Assembly (NCBI GenBank): GCA_963835065.1
Contig: CAWIEK010000050.1
Location: 65,842-129,841, forward strand
Direction: 5' to 3'
From: an uncultured Chthonomonadaceae bacterium
GTDB taxonomy: Bacteria; Armatimonadota; Chthonomonadetes; Chthonomonadales; Chthonomonadaceae
DNA: 64,000 nt
In this document: positions 29,196-39,073 of the stretch, piece after piece
Layout of the letters: each line of letters starts with the position of its first letter
Numbering within the stretch: the first letter of the stretch is position 1
Made by a program: the position numbers and the translations under genes
The notes under the pieces: model-generated
Seen by the model: the letters and a program-made list of their open reading frames with translations, nothing else
Told to the model about the DNA's origin: nothing
Database searches by the model: none

Positions 29196-30045
29196 ATGCT
29201 GCGTCCTCCCGCCAATCCGCCCTACCAATCGAAAGCCGAAGAGCTTATTGAGGCTCTTCGGCGGCGAAAGGACGACTGGCCCGCCGAACCGGGCCTTCAA
29301 AACATCGGCCCGCGCACAACAGACGAGCTGCTGGACATCATTCGTTACGAGAAAAGCAGAGCAGGTCAGGAACTATGCGTCGTATTGCTGCTCTTTATGT
29401 TGCTGCCTATGATTCTGCGGGTGTATTGCGCTCTATCATCACAATCCGGCTCCTGTTGTTCCTCTGGTGTGCTTATGCCTCTGATGATAGTCAAGCCAAA
29501 CGTCAGGCTGCGTTATGCCGTATACGCGCTGTCACAAACCAACGATCTGCGCGTCCTCCAAACTCTGATTTTGGCAACGCGCTCTTCCTGGGGCTGCCAT
29601 CCGCAAGTGATAGCCGCGATTGAGCGCTTGCTGAAACAGGTGACAACCGAACATGCCGGACTGCTGAACAGCGATGCCCAATACAGACTGAGGGCATTGG
29701 CTCTTCCTCCACTCGACCATATATCCTACTATAACGAACCTCTGGCGATGCGAACCTTACACGCCTGACCGCTATCGGCAATCGTGATACGCTCATCTGG
29801 ATACAGGAACTTACGTGCCAACTGGCGAAGCGAACGCGCATAGACGTATTATCGCAGTCGCGCAGGAACTTCTTCCCCTCATGGAAACGCGCTTGAAACA
29901 ACAGGAGGTTCCCGATACCCTGCTGCGCGCGGCAGATACGCCTGCATCTCAACTCGAAACCCTGCTGCGCCCCGCTCTCGTCGTTACGCCCGTACCGCCG
30001 GAACAACTGCTGCGCGCGAGTACGGGGGAGGAACGGGAGGCGTAA
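29196..30045 (+). pseudogene. Two-TM / HEAT-like protein, paralog 1 (frame changes near 29765 and 29815)
   Basis: Collinear with paralog 2 (RYAVYALSQTNDLRVLQTLILATR..HPQVIAAIERLLKQVT). The tail LLRAADTP...LLRPALVVTPVPPEQLLRAS is only reached after two frame shifts. Confidence 0.5.
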
Positions 30046-30209
30046 GTTTCTACCCTCATCCGACCTCCGGCCACCTTCTCCCTGCAAGGGAGAAGGCTAA
30101 TTGTAAGCGTTGCGCATCGTATGAAGCTATCACGCGGCGCACCCATTGAACACATTGGCCTTCTCCCTTGCAGGGAGAAGGTGGCCGGAGGTCGGATGAG
30201 GGTAGAAAC
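30046..30209. repeat. Perfect 51-nt inverted repeat (30046-30096 / 30159-30209) of a REP-like element; each arm carries its own palindromic core
   Basis: gtttctaccctcatccgacctccggccaccttctccctgcaagggagaagg and its exact reverse complement, spacer 62 nt. Confidence 0.9.
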
Positions 30210-31065
30210 CACCTTGCAGCGCAAACCGAAACCACACCAAGAAGCCAAACGCTTGATGCGCTTGTTGGCGCGCAGGCGTTCCCATTGGCCTGCTGAACCT
30301 ATGTTGCGTCAACTCAGCCCTGTGCAGGTCGAAGCATTGCAGGCGTACATCGCTGCTCGTGAGACAGAACACCGCAGGCTGGCGCTGACGACCCTGTTTT
30401 TCATGCTGTGGGCGTTGGTATTTGGCATCTGTATGGGGGATTTCAAGGCAACGCTGTTCATCTTCATGGGAGAAGGAGTCTTTTTCAGCCTGTTCCTTTC
30501 CGCCGCAAAGCAATACCGCTACGCCGTCTACGCCCTGACGCAAACCGATGATTTGCGCGTCCTCCCGTCACTGATACACGCAACGCGGTTTACCTGGGGC
30601 GACCATCCCGAAATTATACGTGCCATTGGCCGACTGCTGGAACACGTTACTGAAGCGGATGCCGGTTTGCTGAACGCCACTATGCAGGCAAGGCTCTGGA
30701 ACATGGCAATACCGGGACTTGGATCGGGCGAACGCTTTGATGAGGCATTAGCCCTGCACACATTGCATGCATTAGCCCTTATCGGAAATCGCAATTCTCT
30801 GCGGCAGATGCAGCAACTCGGCGCGTACGTCTACACCTACGCCATACATCAGCGCCTTATCTGGCAGGCGCAAGAGCTTGCGCCCTGCATGGAAGCCCGT
30901 TTGCAGCGGCAAGAGGTAGACGGAACCCTGCTCCGCGCCGCTAATACGCCGACGAGCGCTCCCAATACGCTGTTACGCCCCGCTCGCGTCGTTACGCCTG
31001 AATCGCCGGAACAACTTCTGCGCGCCGGTACGTTGGAACATTCGGAAACCGAAGCGAACTCGTAA
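30196..31065 (+). CDS. Two-TM / HEAT-like protein, paralog 2 (intact)
   Basis: Likely start is ATG 30196 (MRVETTLQRK); the ATG at 30121 would translate the repeat arm. Two hydrophobic helices, then YRYAVYALTQTDDLRVLPSLIHATR... and the LLR tail. Confidence 0.6.
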   Translation: MRVETTLQRKPKPHQEAKRLMRLLARRRSHWPAEPMLRQLSPVQVEALQAYIAARETEHRRLALTTLFFMLWALVFGICMGDFKATLFIFMGEGVFFSLFLSAAKQYRYAVYALTQTDDLRVLPSLIHATRFTWGDHPEIIRAIGRLLEHVTEADAGLLNATMQARLWNMAIPGLGSGERFDEALALHTLHALALIGNRNSLRQMQQLGAYVYTYAIHQRLIWQAQELAPCMEARLQRQEVDGTLLRAANTPTSAPNTLLRPARVVTPESPEQLLRAGTLEHSETEANS

Positions 31066-31098
31066 GCAGGCGCGGCAGAGCGCAAGGAGTTATGGACG

Positions 31099-32262
31099 CT
31101 ATTTTGGTTCGCGTGGGGGAGTTTGCGCGCCGCGCAGCAGTTCGTCGGGGTAGGCGTGGGAAGGCGATAAGGCGGGGCGCAGCAGCGCGTCGGGCGTTCG
31201 GGTGTGGGGGGCGGATGTGCCGCGCAGGAGGGTGGAACGCGCCTGTTCCTGCATGGTCTTTGCCCGGAGCAAAGCCAGCAGGGATATTGCCTCCTGCTGC
31301 ACCCAGGGGCGCGAACTGTCCGCCGCCAGCCGCTCGATGCCCGGCAAGGCGCGGTTATCGCCTACTGTCCGCAGGGCGGTAAGCGTCAGGCGGACGAGCG
31401 GTTCGTCCAGATCGTACAGCAGCGTCAGCAGCAGGGGCACGGCTTCCGGGCCGACAAGACGCGCCTGATCGGGCGGCAGCACGGCGACAATCGGCAGCAG
31501 CAATCCCAACGCCTGCCGCGCCGCAAGCGCCACGCCGCTGTCCTGCGAACGCGCCATTTTTGCCAGCGGTGTCAACGCCCGCACATCGCCTAACCGTCCC
31601 AACGCGGCGCAGGCGCGGATGCGCAATTGGCTTCCTGTTGATGTCACCTGCGCCCACAATTCCTCGGCTTCGTGGGGATGCCGCGCCGCCATTGTACCGA
31701 TTAACGCCAGCAGGGTACGAAACACCAGCCGAATACTGCGCTCCCGGCGGTCGTGTTCCAATGCCAGTAGGAGCGGCTGCAAGGCGCGGGCATCCCCCCA
31801 CTCCCCAAGACAGCCGACGGCCTCTTCCCGCACGGTTCCATGCGCGTGTGCCGCCGCGCGCAGCAGGGCAATCATCCCCGCTTCGCCAAAAGCAGGCAGG
31901 GCGTTTCGGGCGGCGCGCCGCACACTCGCGTCATGGCTGCCAAGCGCGTTTATGAGATGGGGTATCCAGAGCGGACTGCGGGAAACAACGGCCATATCCG
32001 CGTCGGCAGGCGAACGTAACCGGCGTGGGGCGCGCGACTTTGCCGACGAAACCTGCCGCGCCTGTGCCGCGCTTTGCACGACAACCTTATGCGCAGGTGG
32101 AGGCGGGTTCAACAGCGGGCCGGAACCGGGAGCCGTCGGCTCCAGCAGAGATTTGGCGTAGCTGTACGCGCCGTTCGCGTTCGGATCCAAAATCGGGCCG
32201 GAAGCCGAGGACGGCGGGAACGGTTCAGGAATGGGTGGGTAACGCGGATCAGAAGAATTCAC
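31099..32262 (-). CDS. HEAT-repeat protein (PBS-lyase HEAT-like repeats) with LLR-type C-terminal tail
   Basis: Repeats of the type VRRAARNALPAFGEAG, VREEAVGCLGEWGDARALQPLL, IRACAALGRLGDVRALTPL. Tail TLLRGTSAP...ALLRPALSP...DELLRGAQ. Confidence 0.7.
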   Translation of the reverse strand: MNSSDPRYPPIPEPFPPSSASGPILDPNANGAYSYAKSLLEPTAPGSGPLLNPPPPAHKVVVQSAAQARQVSSAKSRAPRRLRSPADADMAVVSRSPLWIPHLINALGSHDASVRRAARNALPAFGEAGMIALLRAAAHAHGTVREEAVGCLGEWGDARALQPLLLALEHDRRERSIRLVFRTLLALIGTMAARHPHEAEELWAQVTSTGSQLRIRACAALGRLGDVRALTPLAKMARSQDSGVALAARQALGLLLPIVAVLPPDQARLVGPEAVPLLLTLLYDLDEPLVRLTLTALRTVGDNRALPGIERLAADSSRPWVQQEAISLLALLRAKTMQEQARSTLLRGTSAPHTRTPDALLRPALSPSHAYPDELLRGAQTPPREPK

Positions 32263-32418
32263 GATACTTTTATTGTAGCATAGATTTGGCGACAGCGATT
32301 ACGCCGCCGCGTTGACGCGCCCAATTTGGGCTTGTATGGTGTACTATAAACAGGGAGCGGCAATGCGGCGGTTTCGCGCGTCCGCTCACTACGGAAAGTT
32401 TGGCAATGACGATTACGC

Positions 32419-33783
32419 ATGTCCTCTGATTTCAATGCAGGTTCTCATACGAGTTTTAATGGGGAGCCTGAAGCTTCGCTCGCGCGCTGGAACTTTCGCG
32501 CCCTGCTGCTGGATGTCACCTTTTTCTCGATAGGCATGGCTTTTATTGACAGCAACGCCGTGCTGCCGCTGCTGATGGAACGGCTGGGCGCGTCCAAACC
32601 GCTGATCGGGGCGTTTGCGGCTGTCCGGTTTCTGGCGTTCAGTTTCTTTCAGGTATTTGTGTCGCAGTTGACGCACGGGCGGGCGCGACAGAAGCCGCCG
32701 CTGGCCTGGGTTGCGGCCATTACGCGCCTGCCCCTGCTGTTGCTGCCGTTCCTGCTGTGGAACGCGCATACGGGCGCAACAGCGCGTATCGTCGGCCTGT
32801 GGGCGACAATCATTGTTCTTTCCATCTGGGCGCTTGGAGATGGATTGGGCTATGTGCCCTGGCTGGAAATTGTGGCGCGCTCGTTTTCGGAACGGACGCG
32901 CGGGCGGTTCTTCGCCACCACGCAATTGCTGTCCGGCCTGAGCAGTATCGCCATTGCCGCGCTTGTCGTGCGGGGGATTTTGGCCTCGTCGCGCCTGCCG
33001 TTTCCGCACAATTACGCGCTGCTGACGGGAATTGCCGCGCTGATGTTTCAAGTGTCGCTTGTCGGAGTCCTGCTGCTGCGCGAGCCGCCGCCACCCGCAA
33101 CGCCCCCGGTTCCGCATCCGCCCCTGCGCCTTTATTTTCGCCGCCTGCCGCAACTATTGCGCTCCAATCCCGTTTTTGCGCAATTAGCCGTGATACAGCT
33201 TTTTGTCGGCTTTGGAGCCGCCGCCGCGCCGTTTTACGTCCTGTACGCAGCGTCGCGTTTCGGCCTGGGAGATCAATGGGGCGGCACGTATCAGGTAATG
33301 GGCGCGGTTGGGGTTGTCGCATTGATGCCCGCGTGGGCGTGGCTGAGTGAAAAGCGGGGGCCGGGCGCGTCCATACGCGGCGTTGCGCTCGCCTGCCTGC
33401 TGACGCCCCTTGTCGCCCTGACGCTTGGCAGCGGGTCGCCCTGGCTGTTCGGGCTGGTGTTTCTGCTGATGGGCGGCAGTCTGGGGTGGGGATTGTGGAT
33501 TACGTTTAACCACTACCTGCTGGCGCACGTCCGGGAAGAAGAGCGCTCCATCTTTGTCGCGCTGTTCAATCTGCTGTTCGCGCCCTCGGCTATTTATCCC
33601 TACCTGGGTGGACTGCTGGTGCAGAAGGATCGTTTTGTTACTGTGGGCGGCCTGCCCGTGCTATTCGTACTGACGGCGGGCGTGGTTTCCATCGGCCTGC
33701 TGCTGGCCCTGCGCCTGCCGCCGCCCATGAGGGAGCCTGTCTCGGCGCGTCCCGAAGCGGAACCGGCAGCCGTCGCTTTGTAA
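32419..33783 (+). CDS. MFS transporter
   Basis: 454 aa with about 12 hydrophobic segments and basic loops of MFS type. Confidence 0.8.
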   Translation: MSSDFNAGSHTSFNGEPEASLARWNFRALLLDVTFFSIGMAFIDSNAVLPLLMERLGASKPLIGAFAAVRFLAFSFFQVFVSQLTHGRARQKPPLAWVAAITRLPLLLLPFLLWNAHTGATARIVGLWATIIVLSIWALGDGLGYVPWLEIVARSFSERTRGRFFATTQLLSGLSSIAIAALVVRGILASSRLPFPHNYALLTGIAALMFQVSLVGVLLLREPPPPATPPVPHPPLRLYFRRLPQLLRSNPVFAQLAVIQLFVGFGAAAAPFYVLYAASRFGLGDQWGGTYQVMGAVGVVALMPAWAWLSEKRGPGASIRGVALACLLTPLVALTLGSGSPWLFGLVFLLMGGSLGWGLWITFNHYLLAHVREEERSIFVALFNLLFAPSAIYPYLGGLLVQKDRFVTVGGLPVLFVLTAGVVSIGLLLALRLPPPMREPVSARPEAEPAAVAL

Positions 33784-33903
33784 CTCCATGCTTCACAAGA
33801 CGAATACATTTGCAGCAGAATTGCCAGGCTGTGCCTTGACACAATGCCTGTGTATATTGTATGCTGATAGAAGTGTCACCAAAGAGGGAAGACGCCGCGC
33901 CGC

Positions 33904-34735
33904 ATGAACGACTCGAATTTACAAGAAGTTTCCGTTTCGTCCTCAACCCTCCCTGCCGACAACGCTATCATTGATAATGTGGATAAAGCTGTTCCTGTGG
34001 ATACTGCGGATGATGCCTCACCCCTTCCGTCCGTTCAGGTTTCCCTGCTGCAGGGCGCGCAAGCGTTTGGATTGGTTCTGGACAGCGCAGCCCTGGCCCG
34101 TTTTGCGCGCTTTGCTTTGCTTCTGGAAGAGGGAAACCGCCAACTCAACCTGACGCGCATACGCCCGGAAGATGTAGTCACGCTGCATTTTCTGGATTCG
34201 CTGGCGCTGGCAGTGGCGCATCGGCCCGCATCGGGAGCGCGCGTACTCGATGTCGGCACGGGCGCGGGGTTTCCCGGAGTGCCGCTCGCCCTCGCGTTTC
34301 CTGATGTCACCGTCACTCTGATGGACAGTACGCGCAAGCGTCTCCTATGGCTCGACAGCGCGCTTTCCGAATTAGCGATTTTGAACGCCCATACGCTTCA
34401 CGCCCGCGCCGAAGAACTGGCGCGCGACCTGCAGCGCCGATGAGCGTTATGATCTTGTTGTCGCCCGCGCCGTCGCGCCTCTGGCAACGCTTGCCGGCTG
34501 GCTGTTGCCGTTCGCGCGTCCGGGCGGGCTTGCCGTCGCGTACAAAAGCCAGGACATTGCCGCCGAACTTGAGGCCGCGCTGCCCGTTCTGCAAGCGCAT
34601 TCCGCGACCCTGGAGCAAATCGTGGAAGTGCCCTTACCCGGCACGGACATTGCGCGTAAACTGGTGCTGATGCGCAAACACCGCGCCGTTCCCCTGCCGC
34701 AAAGACGTAACAGGGGTCAATTTAGCCGCAAATAG
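33904..34735 (+). pseudogene. rsmG: 16S rRNA (guanine527-N7)-methyltransferase RsmG, one frame change near 34430-34445
   Basis: NLTRIR...HFLDSL...VLDVGTGAGFPGVPLA in ORF 33904..34443, continuing as YDLVVARAVAPLATLAGWLLPFARPGG... in ORF frame 34505..34735. Confidence 0.75.
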
Positions 34736-34787
34736 ACGCGAATGGACGCAAATTGCATAAAGTAAAGAAACCAGGAAAGAAACAATT

Positions 34788-35309
34788 ATGCTGAAGAAGA
34801 TCGTTCGCAGGACAATCGCGCTGACAATAGGCGGGCTAGTTGGCAGTGTCGCTTTGTGGCCGCGCCCCGCCGGGGCGGAGCATTTCGACATTACGCTGCG
34901 CGTGTCCGCGCCCGGCAGTCAGGGCGAAGCGTTTATGGACACCACGCCGCCCATCGGGGGAGTCAACAAGCGCCCTGTTGTGAAAGCCAAGCCGGGAACG
35001 CCCGTACGCATTACGTGGCGGATGAAAAACGCCTCGCCGCATGGCGTTCTGAAGGGCGTGACTATCCACTTCTTCGTGGTGAAGGAGGATCAGATAGGCC
35101 AGAAGCCTACGCCCGATCCTTCCGGCGACGCAGGGATTGTAGATAACAGCGTGACCGAGGACCTCGCGCCCAAAGCCGGCGTCAGCGGCAGCCTGCGCCT
35201 GAAAGCCCCGGAAGCCGGCAACTACCTCATCCGCGTCCAGAGCGAGGACACCAACGAAGAGTTCGGCCACGAACATTTTGCCGCCATAGATTTGCAAGTA
35301 CAACCGTGA
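34788..35309 (+). CDS. Exported hypothetical protein
   Basis: Signal-like N-terminus MLKKIVRRTIALTIGGLVGSVALWPRPAGA. Beta-rich composition; no family recognised. Confidence 0.6.
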   Translation: MLKKIVRRTIALTIGGLVGSVALWPRPAGAEHFDITLRVSAPGSQGEAFMDTTPPIGGVNKRPVVKAKPGTPVRITWRMKNASPHGVLKGVTIHFFVVKEDQIGQKPTPDPSGDAGIVDNSVTEDLAPKAGVSGSLRLKAPEAGNYLIRVQSEDTNEEFGHEHFAAIDLQVQP

Positions 35310-35313
35310 GTAA

Positions 35314-35413
35314 GGTTTTAGGGTTTTAGGGTTCTATGGTTTTAGGGGCAGAGGATCGCATGATTTACCTTAATTCCTGCAACCCTAGAACCATAGAACC
35401 CTAAAACCCTAAC
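35314..35413. repeat. Heptamer hairpin: (GGTTTTA/TAGGGTT)n 35314-35348 / (AACCCTA)n 35381-35413; likely terminator
   Basis: Starts 5 nt after the stop at 35309; the arms are reverse complements (one variant unit, ctatgg/ccatag, conserved in both arms). Confidence 0.8.
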
Positions 35414-35444
35414 TTCGGGCATTGTCGCCCACAAAGGAGAGAAC

Positions 35445-36398
35445 ATGCGCCGTTCCATGCTTAACGCTCAACGCTCAACGCCCAACACCCAGTACCGAAC
35501 ACTCAACCCAGGGAACAGGGAACAGGGAACAGGGAACAGAAGAAACTCAATCCACAATCCACAATCGGCAATCGGCAATCGTAAATTCCTCAACCGGGCG
35601 TTCACCCTGATCGAACTGCTCGTCGTGATCGCCATTATCGCCATCCTCGCCGCTATTCTGTTCCCGGTCTTCGCGCAGGCGCGCGAAAAAGCGCGTTCCG
35701 CTTCCTGTCTGTCCAACCTCAAGCAGCAGGGAACCGCAACGGTCATGTATGTGCAGGATTATGACGAGACATTTCCCATTGCGCTGTACTTCGGCAACAA
35801 TGGAGCCACGCCCTGCACCATCCTGTCGTACCACGAAATCATTCCCTACCAGAAGAACGCGGACATGGAGCGGTGTCCGTCCGATGGAACGCCGCTGGAC
35901 GTGACCAAAGCGCTGGCGAATTTAGGCTTGCCGCCGGTTTGCCCCTTAACGCCCGCGCTGCCCAAAGTCGGGTATCAGCCCAACTACGGCGTGTTCGTGT
36001 TTACGGCGGTGGTTCCCGCTGCCTATCAGAAAGCACCTGTTGGACTGCCGTCACTGGACTATCCCGCCGATACCGCGCTGTTTTCGGATGCGACCGTGAC
36101 GCAGGGCGGCAACGCGAACTTCGCGCCTCCCCTCACCGCGCCTATTCAAGCCCGCCATAGTACGCTTGTCAACGCCATCTATGCCGACAGCCACGCCAAA
36201 GTGCTGCATACCAAACTCTACACCAATGCGGGCGGTACGCAAATCACTGGCACGGCGCTGGACGGGGGCGTGTTCAACGGTGTTGTCGTTGCCGATGCGG
36301 GGCCGTACGCCACGCCCGCCAACCCATTCCCCTACACCCTGCGCGGCATCCCCAAGAAGGACGCCAATGGCAACTGGACGCTGATGAATACGCCGTAA
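35445..36398 (+). CDS. Prepilin-type N-terminal cleavage/methylation domain protein (DUF1559 / H-X9-D[GS]-like pseudopilin) with an unusually long leader
   Basis: AAGGAGAG RBS before ATG 35445. Motifs [32 protein letters not shown] and [13 protein letters not shown]. About 49 aa precede the FTLIELL motif. Confidence 0.8.
   Translation: MRRSMLNAQRSTPNTQYRTLNPGNREQGTGNRRNSIHNPQSAIGNRKFLNRAFTLIELLVVIAIIAILAAILFPVFAQAREKARSASCLSNLKQQGTATVMYVQDYDETFPIALYFGNNGATPCTILSYHEIIPYQKNADMERCPSDGTPLDVTKALANLGLPPVCPLTPALPKVGYQPNYGVFVFTAVVPAAYQKAPVGLPSLDYPADTALFSDATVTQGGNANFAPPLTAPIQARHSTLVNAIYADSHAKVLHTKLYTNAGGTQITGTALDGGVFNGVVVADAGPYATPANPFPYTLRGIPKKDANGNWTLMNTP
35464..35581. repeat. Three heptamer arrays within the pseudopilin leader-coding region: CTCAACG/CCAACAC-type 35464-35509, (GGGAACA)n 35510-35539, (CAATCCA/CAATCGG)n 35548-35581
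   Basis: Read directly; translated as [40 protein letters not shown]. Confidence 0.85.
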
Positions 36399-36403
36399 TT
36401 GAC

Positions 36404-36439
36404 AAGGATGAAGGATGAAGGATGAGGGATGAAGCATCC
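36404..36439. repeat. (GGATGAA)n heptamer array just after the pseudopilin stop
   Basis: aaggatgaaggatgaaggatgagggatgaagcatcc. Confidence 0.75.
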
Positions 36440-36467
36440 TTGTGCTTCCCGTTCGTTTATCGAAATT

Positions 36468-36503
36468 CAGCCACAGGCCGCAGCGATGCGGTTCCTGTGG
36501 CTG
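36468..36503 (+). terminator. Hairpin terminator candidate
   Basis: Stem cagccacagg / cctgtggctg with an inner stem ccgca/tgcgg, then a T-containing tract. Confidence 0.5.
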
Positions 36504-36586
36504 ATTGTTCTGTGGGTTTCAAAAAGCAGCCAATGGTAATCGCCTCGGACACTGTAACCTTTTCTTCAAACCTTAAAATCCCAAAT

Positions 36587-36751
36587 CTAAATATGATACA
36601 TCGGGCCGGACGCGCGCGAATTATCTGCATCCTCCGGTTTGGGAGGTACCGGAGGCTTGGAACGCGCCTGCCACCAGTCGAACACGCGCGTTGAGGCCAG
36701 CCCCCAGAGCAGGGGCACGATCAGGCACAGGGCGATGTAGCCGATTTTCAT
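36587..36751 (-). CDS. Small single-TM protein (54 aa), below the ORF-track cut-off
   Basis: My translation: MKIGYIALCLIVPLLWGLASTRVFDWWQARSKPPVPPKPEDADNSRASGPMYHI. GAGG lies 4 nt upstream. Confidence 0.35.
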   Translation of the reverse strand: MKIGYIALCLIVPLLWGLASTRVFDWWQARSKPPVPPKPEDADNSRASGPMYHI

Positions 36752-36996
36752 TAAGCCTCGCTTCCGGTTGTGAAAGCGGAACGCGTTGTGCTTGCGCTTG
36801 TAACGTCCCTTGCGCTGCTATTCCCCGTTGTCGCGCGAATTCCCTTCCTGCCGCAAAATCAAGATGCCGTGCTATAATTATGCGTATTTGCAAATACTCT
36901 CAGGGAGCCGCTCACACGATGTCGTCACCGCCGGAACAAAATCCTAGCATTTTGCTTGCAAATAGAAGTTCCATACTGCTGATGGAGAGGTGAACT

Positions 36997-37210
36997 ATGG
37001 AAACAGACAACAAATCTTTTAGCCCTTTAAGTAAGGAAGCCTTCATTCGCGCGCGAGTTTCTGCGCAACATGACGCCCGAAGAGTTGTTAAATTTTATGG
37101 AAGCGGGCGCGGAAGGGGTAGAGCAGACAGACATGACCGGGCATTTTCCTATCAACCCGGAGCGGCCTGTGCTTGCGTCTGCCCAAACCTTGCAGAAGAA
37201 ATCGGCGTGA
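36997..37210 (+). CDS. Small hypothetical protein; protein-like sequence requires a frame change near 37055
   Basis: GGAGAGG RBS and a TGnTATAAT-like element upstream. METDNKSFSPLSKEAFIRAR continues plausibly as EFLRNMTPEELLNFMEAGAEGVEQTDMTGHFPINPERPVLASAQTLQKKSA in the -1 frame, while the annotated frame turns Arg/Gly-rich. Confidence 0.3.
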
Positions 37211-37257
37211 GGGCGTTGCCGGTAGTTTGTCGTTGTTGAGGGCAGGTTGAATTAGTT

Positions 37258-37288
37258 GGGGCGCTTGTCTGTAGGTGACAAGCGCCCC
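37258..37288. terminator. Bidirectional hairpin between convergent genes
   Basis: 12-bp stem ggggcgcttgtc / gacaagcgcccc, 7-nt loop. Confidence 0.5.
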
Positions 37289-37345
37289 GATTGGCGTTAA
37301 AGGCCGCTTACGATCGAACGATTATGGATATCAACGGTGTGCCGC

Positions 37346-38789
37346 TTAGGGTTTGAGTGAGGCGGTGTTGCGCGTATTGTTTGCGCCCGTGTACGAGACG
37401 CGCCAGATGGTTCCGCTGGCGTCATCCGTGACGAGGAGACGCGCCGTCTTTCGCAACGGCAACGCCGACAGGACGCCCCCACACATCCCCTTCCGGCGTG
37501 ACGAAGCCGGTCAGGAAATCCTCGTACTCGCCCGTCGCCTTGCCGTTCTTCATCGGGACGCGGATCACTTTGTAGCCCGTGCGCCGCGCGCGGTTCCAGG
37601 AGCCGTGTTCGCTTGCGAAGGCGTCCAGGGCGTACTCTTTCGGGAACTGCTTGCCCGTATAGAACGCCATTTGCAGCGACGCGGAATGGGACTGCAAAAT
37701 AACGTCGGGCGTTATCACTTTGTTTTTCAGGTCGGGATGCTCGCCCTTTGCCCGCGCGTCCTCTGTCCCGCCCATGTAGTACCAGGGCCAGCCGTAAAAG
37801 CCGCCCTCTTCCACATGCGTGATGTAGTCGGGAACCAGGTGGTCGCCCAGGCCGTCGCGCTCGTTGACGCTGCACCACAATTGCCCGGTCGTGGGATGGA
37901 TGGCAAGGCCGACAGCGTTGCGGATGCCCGCCGCGTAGATTTTCTCGTTCTTGCCGTCCGCCGTATATTCCAGAATGTCCGCGCGGCGCGTATCCTGATC
38001 CGTGTCGCGCTCATGGGCGTTGGAGATGCTGCCCACAGACACGAACAGACGCTTGCCATCTTTGGAAAAGCGCACGTCGCGGGTCCAGTGCCCGCCGCCG
38101 CGCAGCCTGCCGCCGCCGGGAATGTTGCTGACAAGGGTTTCCGCCTGCCCGCGCGCCTGCGTGTCGCCGTTCTGGTACGGGATGCGAACCACGCTGTCCG
38201 TATTGCCGATAACGACATACTGCGGATTGGGGCCGGCGGGATAGAACGTCAGGCCGAAGGGCTTGGAAAGTCCCGTCGCATACGTGAAAATCTGCGGATT
38301 GCCGCCATCAGGGGACGGGCGCAGGATTTTGACTCGCTCCGGCCCGCTTTCCACGACAAACACATCGCCGTTGGGCGCGGTCTGAATGTAGCGGCAATTT
38401 TCCAGCCCGGTCACATACGCTTCCACCTTGAACCCGGCGGGCGCTTTGGGCCAGGCATTTTCGGGGCGGCGAACCATGTGCGGGCCGTTGTCAACCGAGC
38501 GCGTGGCGTATTGCGGCGGCAGGTCAGCCAGCGTCAAATGTCGGCGCACTCCGGGCGCGTCCGTTGTCCAATCGCCCAGGGCGTCCTGTCCGGTCAACAC
38601 GCGGGCGAGAGCGGATTTCGCGCCGGGAGCATGCCCGACAAGCGCAGCGTTGCCGACAGGCGGCGTTTGTTGCGTACGGGCGCAGGCGGCTATGCCGAGA
38701 ACGCAAACCGGAGCCAGCAGCAAGCTGATACGATGCGAATTCCGCGCTGAAAAAGCGGGACGTACAAACCGCTTTACAGGTAAATTCAT
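37346..38789 (-). CDS. PQQ-dependent sugar dehydrogenase (sorbosone/glucose dehydrogenase family) lipoprotein; frame change near 37437 truncates the last ~30 codons
   Basis: Lipobox-like LGIAAC; NAVGLAIHPTTGQLWCSVNERDGLGDHLVPDYITHVEEGGFYGWPWYY. After VAKDGA the expected LLVTDDASGTIWRVSYTG... lies in another frame, ending at TAA 37346-37348. Confidence 0.75.
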
Positions 38790-39073
38790 GACAGAAAATG
38801 TTCCTTCCTGATACGACAGCCAACATGAATGAAGAATTGGCTTTTAATGTGATCTTGCTCCTTCAAAGAACTGTGGAGACACAACAGGCTTGAAGATTGA
38901 CAGCAGGCAGCATTTGCGCCTGCCATCGCCATAAACTATTACGCGCCACAACGCCATTTGATTGCAGTTTACCGGGCGTATACGGCCTGCGAATCTCGGA
39001 ACACAGCAGAGGAACCTATAACACATTCCGGGCGTAATGCGGACAGGAAAGCGTTGCCGAAGGAGACATCGCG

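Noticed and set aside
35314-35348. TTTAGGG/TTAGGGT-like units resembling eukaryotic telomere repeats
   Set aside because: There are only 3-4 units, they are internal to a bacterial gene-dense region, and they are paired with an inverted copy 33 nt away. They are simply one member of the heptamer family.
37353-38750. Long antisense ORFs opposite well-supported genes (37353..38750, 58544..59890, 24178..25242, 20888..21799, 19238..20116, 48189..49067, 22513..23103, 63196..63930, 32413..33153)
   Set aside because: These are typical high-GC shadow ORFs: Arg/Gly/Ala/Pro-rich, with no motifs. In each case the opposite strand encodes a protein with clear family signatures.
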